Shown here one piece after another: positions 26,201-38,300 of a stretch of 64,000 nucleotides of DNA. Location of the stretch: assembly GCF_001949145.1 (NCBI RefSeq), contig NW_019091357.1, positions 3,868,228 to 3,932,227 of the forward strand. Reading direction: 5' to 3'. Source of the DNA: Acanthaster planci. Lineage: Eukaryota. Numbering within the stretch: the first letter of the stretch is position 1; every line of letters starts with the position of its first letter. A program made the position numbers and the translations under genes. The notes beneath the pieces are model-generated. The model did not search any database, was not told the origin of the DNA, and saw nothing but the letters and a program-made list of their open reading frames with translations.

Positions 26201-28764
26201 TACCATGAAAAATCCATATCTCCCGATTCCAATAAAAAGTATTAAATTTAAAAAAAACAAAATAAATAAATAAAAATCCAGGTACTGTCATTATTATCCA
26301 GATTCGGGTAGGTTTTGCCAAGATTAAAAAATAAAGGTGCCTGTCAATTCAATAAGAGTCTGTGGCTTTTTGAACACCGTGCAGAATATGGTTGTCAACT
26401 GTTGCGCTGCTTGCAAAGGGAGAAATGATTAAAGTATTTTATCTGTCCTATAATTCAAGCCATAAAAACAGGCACAAAACTAGAAATTAGTCACCTGCGT
26501 TAAATGCCAGAGCTGGAGCATAGATGACTATACCCATATAAAGGACCTTCACAAAAACAAAAACAAATACTGTCACTGAGTACAACAAACATATGTGAGG
26601 AACCGATCCTGCATCACAGCAGTGTCTGTACTATGCATATGCTCACAGATGGGTGAAGTGGTGGAAACGAGTATTTTTAGCTCTTCTAAGCATATGTGTT
26701 CAAAATGCAAGTCTTATAATAGTCTTAACACCAACCGTGGACTGTAAAATTTTGACTTTCGACTCTATCTGATCCAAGGCCTACTGTCAGCAGGAAAGAG
26801 TGGAGGTGCCGGACACGTGCACAAGAGCATCCCTTGTGTGTCAGAAGATGTACAGTGTTTTCCAGGGAAGACTAAGCAAAAGCTCATGTGTGTTGTTTGC
26901 AGTACCAAAGCCCAGAGAAGGCAACCCCGCAGTGTAAGACGTGTAATAAGCCAATGTGTGTCGTTCGATGCTGTGAGAAATTTCACTCTTAAGATTCCTT
27001 AAATCTGTCAACAGTTTGCCTATTTTTGTTGGTTTTTATTCCAGTTGACTAGAAATCCCTATTCCCCACTTTCAATGTTGTGTCGGAGAAACGAGCCAGC
27101 ATGGTGCAGAAAATATAGTCGAATTGACTAGTTTGATTTAAAGAATGTGTCAAATGTTGTTGGTTTTAATCCCAATCCCCCCTTCCCCCAATGTTGTGGT
27201 AGAAACGAGCCAGCGTGGTGCATTTTCTCCCAACATTTAAAAGCGGGAGATTTGGCATTCTGTCCAATGATGGTAACTTTTTTATTGTAAATTTCTTATA
27301 TCATTTTAGAGTTGAACACTAAATATTTTCCGGCTAGTGCTAACTTATGAGCATATTCGTTTCGTTTCAATTCGTGAAATTAGGCTGTGAAAACATGAAA
27401 GACAGACTAAGTGATTGGGTTATCTCTAAAAGTTTGTTGTAACTACTCCATTATGTCAATATTAGTTTATTACAAACTGCATAGCAAATTCAGGTTATGC
27501 CCATACAATTTGTAGAGGGCAGTAAGCAAGCATGGACCATAAACAAAATAACAGTAGTACCATTTGAAGGAAGTAGGTGAGAGTTCCTGCAACACGAACC
27601 ACCTTGTTGAAGCGCTTTTCGAGATACTGTGAAGAGAAAGGAGTTTTCCCCCAAATTAATAAAATTTCTCTCGTGATAGAAAGTTCACCTTAACGCTGAT
27701 CGTTGAAAACTCTCCCATATCATGCCTCGTCACTGTCATTTGGGTTCTATATTCTGGGGCTTTTTTGGGGGGGGTTTGTTTTTTGGGTTTTTTTGTTTTT
27801 GTTTTTGTTTTTTTATTTTGCTTTTATTGTCAACCTAATACTTGTCATCTTCACCGTTTGTTGCGATTGTCATACACTGGTGACTACCTTGTTCTGCGTC
27901 GTGGTCACTGTCAACGCAGGCAAAGCTATCAGCACCAGTACTATCGCCAGATTATCTAACTCACCATTGTCCTGATTGCCAAAAATTATGTCACTTAGCA
28001 TCATTACTGTCGCAATATGTATCAGTCTATCCATTCTATGTTCACCTTTTCAACTTTTAACAATTCCTTCCACACTTCAATCGATCATGTGTTCACAATG
28101 CCTTTAATTTGTCGTCATTTTACGGCATCTCAACATTTACAAAAAGCCGGTTGACATAAAACACTAAGTGAAATGCACAAAAATTAACACTGCCACTTAT
28201 AAGTTACATCTGCACCGTACTTATTACCAGAACTTGCATTTCCTTTTATTGTTATTACTTCTGAAAGTTTTGCGTGATTTTTTATTTATTTTTGAATTTG
28301 GTTTTGTTTTGAAATAAAATCGCCAACGCTCCTGAGCCGATAGTAAGCTATTTTCTCTTCGGTGTTACTTTGCCTGTTTTAGAACATGCACACACAAAAC
28401 AAAAGAGACAAACCTCGTTTGCACTGGTTACACCCAAGCGATAGAAGACAGGCAGGAACAACCTTGTAACGGCGATCCCTGTCAAGATGTAGGCCAACCC
28501 AAACAGCCAGAACATGGTGCCGTGGATGTAAGTCTCGGCCGGTGTGCCCAGCACCGTGATCGCTGAGATAAAGCTAGCCACCAGCGACATGGCCACAGGG
28601 ATGGGGTTCATGTTGCGGTCGGCCAGTAGGAACTCCTTGGTCGTCTTCTGCTTGCCGCCGGTGCAGCCGTAATAGATGCCGATAAAGACTGACACGGCCA
28701 GCATCAGCCCGAACACCACGTAATCCCAGACCTGGAAAAGTCGTTGGGTGTCGTCAACAGCCAT
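20220..28764 (-). CDS. SLC5A8-like: Gene C: sodium-coupled monocarboxylate transporter-like, complete, 15 exons, 653 aa
   Basis: Minus-strand exons 28764-28414, 27626-27561, 26546-26495, 26106-26039, 25747-25593, 25242-25102, 24509-24374, 24124-24036, 23881-23769, 23254-23184, 22870-22784, 22218-22016, 21634-21534, 20948-20833, 20432-20220 (1962 nt). Exon sizes match gene B except exons 12 and 15; ends PATQM*. Confidence 0.95.
24743..24927. mobile_element. MITE in intron 6 of gene C, shared with gene D (internally shortened at ~39949-40072)
   Basis: Imperfect TIR AAGGCGCCTTACCA / TGGAAAGGCGTCTT. Presence in both C and D means it predates their duplication. Confidence 0.5.
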
Positions 28765-29454
28765 GGTTCTCCGTAAGACGCTCTGAATTACGCGAGGACC
28801 AAAGTTGGTTCTTCCAGGATTAATGGTAATGATTCAGTTTAGTTGATTCAACAAAAACTTCAGCATCGTCACAGTGACAAGGCAACTCATGCAACCCGTA
28901 GCACAAAATCTATGTAAAAAGTCATTGCGTGTGTTTATGATGTATTGTTTATGGTACTTGTGCGATGTTTTATGTTCTTCTCACAAAGAACATTCCTTGT
29001 ACTTGTGAGGTACAGAAACTAGAGTGGTAATTTGTTGAGCCCATGTGCATTGTATTCCCAGCATATTACGGCTGAAAATCAGGTTGTCTTCGGTGCCTTT
29101 TGATCTTTTCTCTAAAGAACAAACAAACGCAGTAAACAGATCGTGTGCCAAAGATCAAAAATTAATCATACGCAAAAATGGTTGGGGGCGTGTATGACAT
29201 ATTCTCCATGTCATTGGGGGCTACATTCTGCCTTCAGAACGTCGTAAAACAGCGGAGAAAACTACCAAAACAAAATGGCAAGTGGTCATAAAAGCCCTTT
29301 ATTGGATTAGAATGAAACCAGTAGTGCACCCGCAGGGAGGGGGAATCAGAGGCTTGGTCCCTCCCAATGAGGTTTTCATTGTTTTTTCTTCCAGAAAAAC
29401 AAAGCTAAAATACTTATATTCCAAACTAACTAGCTCTTACATAGCCATATATTC

Positions 29455-31850
29455 ACAATTGTGTGCACTTTCAGGGGGCAACTCGGGCCTGTGCACTTGC
29501 AAACTCACAGTGCATCTGGTTTTTCTCGTAACAGATCTGAGGTACGTCTGGGTACCGTGTCCATCTTGGCCGGCATCTGCAAAATGATGCAGCTGCACAC
29601 ACAGCCTGTCGAAATTCATTGGGCTTGTAGCATCGGTTCAGTTGCACATCCTCCAAGTTTGGCAGGTCTTTCGGCCACCTTTCCCATGTTACTTGCCTGA
29701 AAATCGGTTCGTGACAGCCTAGCCTACTTGTTCTTTAGGGAGTGACTGCAAAATCACCGTGGCTTGAAGGACATAAGGAGAGGTTAATCCCAGCGGGCCA
29801 TACACAGAGCTCAGTACAGATAAGATGTTTCTTCTGGTAGCTTTCGGATTCACTAGTTTAAGACCAAGTTCTAATGGATCCGTTTCGACGCACCATTTCA
29901 CACCAAGTGCACGTTCCACCGGAAGGGGATCACTGTGCAGTCCCAGATCTTTTATAATTTTGCCCTCTCATCAGCCAGAATCGTCTGCAGCACTGCCAGG
30001 CTGTTACTTAGAAATTTTGTGAGGCGAAACCCACCTTCTGCTAGGGCTTGGCGGATTTCTCAAACCAGACTATTGGCCTCGTCTTCTGTTGGTACTGATT
30101 TAAGGAAGTCATCACATACAAATTGTGATGAATAGCATTGGTGACTTTTGGGTTGTATCTCCCCTTCGTATCGTTGGCTGTTTTTCTTAGTTCACAAATG
30201 GCGCAACTTGGTGATGAAACTACCCCAAAAAGATGTACTGAGACATCCTGTATTCCTGTATTTCGGCATCTAGATCACTGTCTGACAACCATAGGTAGCA
30301 CATAAGGTCACGGTCCTCAGGTTGTACCCTCACTTAGTAGAACATAGATTCTATGTCTGCCTTCACAGCAAACTGGTTCTTGGCGCCATCTGACCAGGAC
30401 AACATACAGCAGATTTGTCATATCTAGTGCCTGAAGGAGTTGGTCATTGAGGGAAGTGCCTTCTACCATGGCTGGGCAGTTGAATACAACCCTGATCTTG
30501 TCTGGTTTGTGAGGGTGGTGAATTCTATGATGCGGAACGTACCACATTCTCCCACCACTGGATTCGGGCTGCTGTGACACTTCTGCATAACCTTTACCAG
30601 TGAGATTAGTCATGAGCTCACTGTACTGCTCCTTCAGCACTCCATCCTCCATTAGCCTTTTTCGTAGGCACCCAGCATACACTTCAGCTGGTAGGCATCT
30701 GTCAGGCAATTTCGCATTTGTATCTCGGAGTGGAAGTGTAGTCTGATAATGCCCATCTTGTTTTGTTATTGATTCTTCCATTATGCAGAGGAACTTCTTG
30801 TAGTCTTCTGAGGGGTATGGTTGCCCGTCACTGAGTCTCTCTGCAAATGCCATATTCCTATTTCTCTCGAACTGCTGCGAAGGACTATCCTGGGTATTCC
30901 GTAGTGAGCTATTGCCAATTCGACAGACGTTCATGTTCACGTCATTCTGGCCCTTCAACTATCCAGACAGGCCATAAACTAGCCAACCCAATGGCGAATT
31001 GATGGCATACGGCACATCGATCTTACTGCATGACATCTGTAGGGGTGTGGATGCAGCCGGAACATTCATTCCAATTATCAAAGTAACACGTGGAATGTTA
31101 CTTCCTTGTAGCTTGGGCAGCTGTGTGTGTCGCAGATGGTCCCATTTGTTGGGGCATCTCAGCTTCTTTCAATTCCCTCTTTGCCATAAAAAAGGAACTG
31201 GTGTTTGGTTTTAGCTGGCCATGTGATTTTTTAATGTTGTTCGTCAGCGGAGCTGTGTGGGTCAACCTTGGTAGAATGCCTTTCACAATTTCTTCTGCAA
31301 GGTTCTTTGATGTTTGAGAATATGTTTCTAAATTCTCTGGTTGTTCAAGCATCCTGGACATTTCTCGGGTAGCATGAAGCTCTGCCTTGAGATCTATCTC
31401 TTCTTCTTGTTCGATCGTTTTGCTTCTTCTTCCATATATAGTCGGCGCTGTAGCATCACAGCCCTTTATTGTGCTCGCCGTATCTCATCCTGTGCTGCTC
31501 GTAATTCTAATTCTCTCTGGAGGAGGCGTTTTCGTTGCTCCAGTTTGTTTCTTCGTTGAAGTGCTGCAGACTTTGCAGGTATTACGCTACTTCGCTCAGT
31601 TTATTTTCATGGCGAAGGCTGATACTCTGGTTCCAACTACTGTCATTGGGCTGGATCTCATCTCTGGCCCCATTATCATCAAATCGGGTGAGTTGCGACA
31701 TTGCCTTGTCTTTACCATAAAATGCAGTCAACATCATGCAGAGAAGGTTCCTTTTGTTTCCAATGTCAGGAGAGGTTTCACGTTGATCTGATTCATCCAT
31801 GATGAAAAGGTTCACTTGATGGTTCACTTCAGAGTAAGACTAGTGCACGA
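29455..31850 (-). mobile_element. Degenerate BEL/Pao LTR retrotransposon internal region (gag-like, RT, RNase H/Pao fragments)
   Basis: ORF 30317-30958 carries WYVPHH..HPHKPDKIRVVF..GTSLNDQLL, then VHLFGVVSSPSCA and a frameshifted YV-DD (~30105-30120). 29719-29919 carries ERALGVKW...TRRNILSVLSSVYGPLGL..PYVL; 29437-29619 carries QLHHFADA..G.G...YLR. These are typical BEL/Pao pol motifs. No LTRs identified and the right boundary is approximate. Confidence 0.88.
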
Positions 31851-32164
31851 GAATTGTGTATCACTGACCAATGCAATGGACTAAGTTTTGGCAGTTGTCC
31901 ACTTTAATTCTTATCTGACATCTCTTACTGATATTATGCCCACAGTTATTTTCGCCTGTTTCGCGCGTGTAATCAGATCGCCCCATAATCCTTTGCGGTA
32001 CCACGCTCCGTATGCAAATCTCACTGCTGAGAGCGCAAGGTGTCTAATGTCAAGGTGTCAAAGGTCACATATACATCTATCCGAGGTTAACCTACGATGT
32101 AAACAGAACAAAGGTTGCAATTAGCATATAAGAGTAAATGTATTAGATCTTGGGAACTACAGGC

Positions 32165-33032
32165 AGTAAACGGATATTCTCTCCAATTAGTGGACATTTC
32201 TCAAGGTATTCAAAGAACATTACACTCCCCCTCGATTCGATTGATTTCCCTGCCATCTATATCGAGCTGTTTGTGTTACACTGCGTTGAATTTCAGCACT
32301 TGGATTCGGCCTGCTGCATATATACCTTGTTGCTCAACCAAGGCATATTACGGGTGTGTGGCAGCTCCCTGCTAAAACCGGTATAGGTTGAGTCGATCCA
32401 TCGTTGAGGAAGTCAAGCGGCTTCATGTGAGCGTTTTCACAGTATCAACGCCATGATTTCTGCCAGACTTGTGAAAGTGCTTCGGGGACGTCCGTCCTAA
32501 AGGACAACATCTCTCTTCTTGAAACTCCTAAACCGCACACCGCATTTATTAGCTATTAACGCCTAAACTTTATTTATAAAACTCCGAAACAATTAAAACT
32601 AAAATGAGAACCTCCGGCTTATTTTCTACAATTTTGGATTTTTTCCCCGTACTCAAGGTGCCGCCAAGAGGGAAGACACTGACCCTATCCTTTGGTCGCA
32701 TTGCGTAGACGGTCTTTATTGCTCTCTCCCAGAAGTGATTAAGAAGACATTACGATGCAGGGACGAAAACCCGGTAAAATATGCGCGTGTAGACTCTAGA
32801 AGATGTTTCAATCACCGGGGAACAAGCTTTCAAAGGTGAGCAATGCGGTCTTGCTTTTTCAGGATTACAAAGACGAAGAGGCATAGAGGGCGGAGGTCGA
32901 GGAGGTCAAACATGGTTCAATCAATTACGCCGCGGACAATAATGACGTTGGCAAGGCCATATGTGCCACTGGGCACCAGAGTGGTACTGGCAAGGCTCCT
33001 GGCTCTGACAACGAGGTCTTCACAGAACTGTC
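32165..33032 (+). pseudogene. Truncated, unprocessed gene-B-like SLC5 pseudogene (remnants of exons 10, 14, 15)
   Basis: Homologous to B intron 9 from ~32165. Exon 10 remnant 32297-32353 has an internal deletion; exons 11-13 are missing; exon 14 32658-32773 reads [38 protein letters not shown]; exon 15 from 32863 reads DYKDEEA* (premature stop). Downstream sequence matches the B 3' flank. Confidence 0.88.
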
Positions 33033-35304
33033 ATCCTGGAGACCACCTGCATGAAAAGCAGGCCTGGATTAAGTTTATGTCTCTGGCGGTCTTTTAAACC
33101 TAAATAATATATGTGAATTTCCAAAAGTATGGCAAGAATATTACTTAGTGTATATTGCAGGTGTCTTTGATTACATCATCTCAGCCAGGCCAAGCTCCCC
33201 CATCTCGGTAGCAAAATGGCTTTTATTCTTTTCGCAGCTATCAACAATATTTTTACCCATTTTGAATGATGAATTTCTAATGTTCTAACATTTCCAATGT
33301 TAAGAAGGAAACGATGCTTTACTATTGATAGAACAGCCGAACGATTTATTTCCTATTTTTAACGAATTTAATCTACGAGGCAATCGCATACCCTTTACAT
33401 CAACCGCGCACCCGACAGCGTCTAATGAAACATGTCAGTAAGTGCGTACAATGATGCACCACCATTTTACTAGCAAATGTAGAAAATTTCCAAGTCACCT
33501 CGTTCCCATGGGTACGATCTTGCCGCGTCACGTTGGTTCCCAACATGCCTTGCGCGATCTACTGAAGGAATGCGCAGGCAGCCCATGGAGTCCGGGTCGG
33601 TTTGCAAGTGCACGCTGCACACCGCATACTTAATGAAGTTGCCGGCTTTGTGAACAATGAAAAGATTCGCATCTGTTGCGTAAGGACCTGTATTGTGCAC
33701 TTGAAGGGCATTGCCTGGATCCAGGTTATAAACGCAAACTTTACGCATGCAGCACCGAAACGACAGAAAAAAAAATTCCAATTGGGCGGGAAAATTATTT
33801 AGATACATTTATTTCCACTCTTTAACATGAAATACTCGTATAACAAGCTCTAGCAGCGTACTCCTTTAAGAAACGGAAGATCGGTCAGATTTTCTAAAAC
33901 CTACTTACTTAACGATAAAATTAAAACGATTAAAACAATTTGGTGTGTTAGCCAGTAAACAAAAATTCATTACAAAAGTGAGGAAGTTACTGGTCATACA
34001 AAGAACGTTCATTCGTTATCATCTAAAACGTTGCAAAGTGTTCTTTGGTTTAATAAAGATACATCAAAAATGAAAAAGTAAGTTCATGATTAAACTTTAC
34101 ATTCACAAGGCAGGCAACATTTGACGTTTTAACCCTCTAATTTACTGTACACCAAATGGAGTCTTCCTGTATAATGACAGCAAATGAGCCTTTGATATAT
34201 TCCTCTACTAGCAGATGAACGGTGATTTTATTAATTTTCGTCATGACGATTAATTCTCGTCGATTTGCTACGGATGGCAATACCCAAACGTACTGATTTT
34301 TTTTTTTGGGGGGGGTTCACAATATAAGACTACTTCATTGGAAGTAGCATATTAAAATCTTAGCACTTGGCAAACATTTGCAGTTTATGACCTGTGACTG
34401 GTGCTTAAAATCAATAAAATATAAACATAAGAAGCTTTCGTTTGTTCAAATTTGGATCAAATTTGCATGGCTTCATCGGGAGTTTCTTGGTACTACGGGA
34501 ACGGAAGGTAATTTACATGTGGTCTTCAACCCAGGGGTCTGGCCAAAATACCACTCAAGGTGTTCGGTCCGTGGGCAGCAGACGTTGAGCTGGGAAGCAG
34601 CACACCGTTGCTTTACAAGCGTCGTCATATGTGGCTATTTACATGTACACACCAAACATACAGAGTTGGGCATTCCTGCATTAAGCAGTGTTGTCGTGGA
34701 GAATTCGCCGTCAACCAAGTTCAATAAATATTGAATTGGTTTGGAGAGAGAAAAAAGCAAGAGAACAATGGATATTGATGCTAAATGCACAAAAGGTAAG
34801 ATTGATAAATAAATGAAGGACTTCAGACACCCCCTTTTATACTTCAAATTGATTTTAAGGATTAGTGTATTTGCAAATTTCCCAATCAAGTACTTTTCAG
34901 TACCTGTGTCAGAAAACTTATTTTTTATAAAATGGTGATGGTCTGAATATTCATTATTTTATTTTGAAATCTTGCCTGTGTGCGTGTAACCCCCAGATGC
35001 CCGTGTTCCCTTGTTCTTTAGCTTGTTTTCTCCAGACGACTTCAGTATTACACAGTGAGGCTGTTATTCCAAAAAGGAACCGGTACTTCGACATCAAGAC
35101 TAGGATTTGATATCTACGTCTGTCTCAACTATGGGTACGGCTGTAGAATTAATACAGGCGCCCGTGGAAGGTATTTTGGTTAAGGCTGCAACCATGCAGG
35201 TCCCATCAAGAATCGTGTTTCACACAGCCGTAGCCAGTAGCGTTGGACACGGCCAGTGCGTCAGGGGGCTCATCAACATGCGCAGGGAGGCAAAGACACT
35301 TGGC

Positions 35305-38300
35305 CTACATTTCAGTGGCGGGCTGCTCCGAGTAGACTTCAACGGGATTATCGTAGGTGTTCTCCTCTGGATTATCCGGTTTGGGTATGTACTTCATATT
35401 GGTAATCGTCCCCACTCCGTTGTAGTCATTCATTTGGAAGTCCTGCGACGTTTTGACGCCATCAACCTCTTTCACGCAGTATGCAGTGTCCTTTGTGTCA
35501 TCATCGTCCTCGTATTCCTAAGGAACATAAAACAAACAGCATTCAGTTCGTACTGCCGGTGATGTAAAAGTAAATGGATATATAAGTCCAGCACGCGAGG
35601 TTGAACTTAGTTCTACCTAGAAAGAGGCATATGTTTTGGCAAGGCAAATAGGCTGTTACCAGAATGAAACTACGCAGGAGTCTGGGACAGTTACGGCAGC
35701 TTGGTCCCCATAGAGTCTTGTGGTATTTTAAGCCGCAGCCAAATTTCTGAGCTTAGCATGGCTTCTTTGAACTCTGGTACCGTGAACGTTACGTCACCTT
35801 CGACGACAGAAAATGTTTGACTAATTTGTTTGCTTTTGGTTTGCTTGCTTGCTTGTCAATATATAGTACCAATGCCTTCACATCCTCCTCATTAATATTG
35901 GTCCCCCTTCTCACCAGTTTGTCCTGTCCACAGCGCATGGGTTTTTTAATAACTTCCGGCAGGCAACAGTAGCATGCATCGGCGATGTGTTGGTATAGCA
36001 TCGGGTCGTTATCACTAGACTTGTTGGCTCCTGTATTAAAAACAAATGGGCATCAAAACTCATATAGGTGTTATTATCATTAAATTAAAACACGGCAGAA
36101 ATTTTTTTCACATGCTAACGGTAATTATGAACACTTATTCGTAAACACCTAAGCTATTTTAACTATTTCTACTGGCTGACAGCCCGTCACGTGGCTGGTC
36201 TTCAACGGTTGATAAAAGAAGGCGTCACGCTCGCGCGTATTTCCATATACGGAGACTACCTATGACTACTCACAAGACGAAAATTCCAAAACTTTGCTTG
36301 AGGGGTATTTGGGGGAAAAAAAGTTAACTTGTTGAATAAAATCGTTGAAAATGTGTAACTTTTAAATTAGCTTTGACTCTCTGGCTCAAAAATGTATTTA
36401 TTAATGGGAATAAAATGTGCTGGCCAGTCTTAAACGAACGTTGTATGCGTTGTGTGGTTGCTTCTTGCGAATGTATTTTGTACCAGATAAAATCTCATCA
36501 GTGATAATTCCTTTACTAGCTGTGGAAGACTCACTTTGTCACTTGACGGCCTTAACTAACTGTTAATCTAATCTATCTTTTTATTCCAATTATAACAAAA
36601 AAGCTTGTGGATGAACTCAACCAATTGCCTCACCGGTTAGGAAGCTGACGAGCAGGCCGACAACCACAGTGATCAGCCAATACGTGCAGCTGTACCATGA
36701 GTATGACAGAGTGTACAAAGCAGCAATGGCGGGCCTTCGGGAAATGAGACATTTGATATGTTTGAGTGAAATTCTACTTCTGGCGGATGTGGTTCACAAG
36801 ATATTTGTAAGGATCAACAAGATAAGTAACCCTTACAAAAGGTCAGGTCATACTTCCATGTTAGAATTGACAGTTAACTCTTAGACGAGTTTGTATGGCT
36901 TCAGCAAACCTCCGGGGTGTAATATGTAAGCTCTGTGATGATTGACAACTAATTTGGGCTCTCTCAGTCTTGCTATTTTAACGTTCTGGAATTTCAGACT
37001 CCTCACTAAAATGTGCCTGTTTTATATGTTCAATGGGTCCCTCTGAATCTACGACAGTCTGGAATACCTGGGTTCCTCGGTAGGCGGCATAGTTGTAAAG
37101 CCTGACATGGCCGTCGAGCCCATACCACCGAACGTGGAGTTGGTTGCGTTCGTAGAGTAGCAGCCGTCGATGACAAGCGGGGGCTTGTAGACCTCCGGCG
37201 GGTAGATCTGCGCGCCGATGCCCACCCAGAAGGCCATGGCGAGCCCGCAGATGAGACCAGTCAGAGCACCCTGGCGGGGTGTTAATCATTACAAAGGATC
37301 CATTCATATAGTGTGGACGATTTGGGTCCGAATACCGGATTTTGTGGCATGAGGCATGCCAGTTGAATGTGATGAATTGTTGAGCTGTCGAAAGTTAGTG
37401 AATTAGCAGTCTGTGTTGCAGTGGCGTAGCCACCGGGGGGGGGCTAGGGGTACGTGCTCCCCCCCCCCATTCCCGGTGCCCCAAGGTGCCCTCCCCCCAC
37501 ACAAAAACGGATGAATGGATATTGAGCAAAGCTAATAAAAGCTTGCCCCAGAAAGCCACACCACTGAAAGCTGGTGCCCTCCCCCAAGATTCTGGTGCCC
37601 CCCACTAGTAAAATCCTAGCTACGCCACTGCTGTGTTGATAGTAGATGACCATATGTCGGTGTGTAATTTCAGTGGAATGAACAGTGGTACCCCGACAGT
37701 ACACAGTTTTGTATGGACGCGGCCACACAGGCAGAGGTGGTAATGACATCGAAGAAACAAAGATGGTGGTTAGGGCGATGATCACGTTTAGAGCAATGCC
37801 TACGGGGATGATTGAGGTGGTGCAGGTGAAGCGTTCTCTTGTGGAGACAGAGAGTTAGAGTGAAATGCATGGAATTTGCAGCGGGGCTGACCCCACGAAC
37901 GTTAAGGAAAAGAAAACACAAGAGTACTCATTGGGATTGCTGGATAACAACTGGAGAAAGATGATCTTTTTGCATGGGAGAGGCACGGTGAAGCGACATA
38001 GCAACGATATGAGATGGTCTCTGTGTAAATAGATCATAGCGATGTTCTACCTTCGAGTTAGACCAAGGGAAGAACATTCCAAGACTGAAGACTCCCATTA
38101 GTGGCCCACCAGTCATGCCGAAGAGACTTAGAGCCAACTGCATTGAATAAAAAGAAACAAACGTCTGAAGTAAAAAGGTATCTTTTTACCATCTGCAAGG
38201 CAAGTCTACGGGATCGTATACGGGACTATGAAATTTAAGGGATGTCCATGATCTTATCTTTATGTTTGTTTCACGTTTATTAGTCACACTACTGCTGTGA

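Noticed and set aside
27025..27225. Two-copy ~100-bp imperfect repeat in gene C intron 2, and other short repeats, as a possible CRISPR-like array
   Set aside because: Only two degenerate copies in a eukaryotic intron, with no repeat-spacer periodicity and no cas genes.
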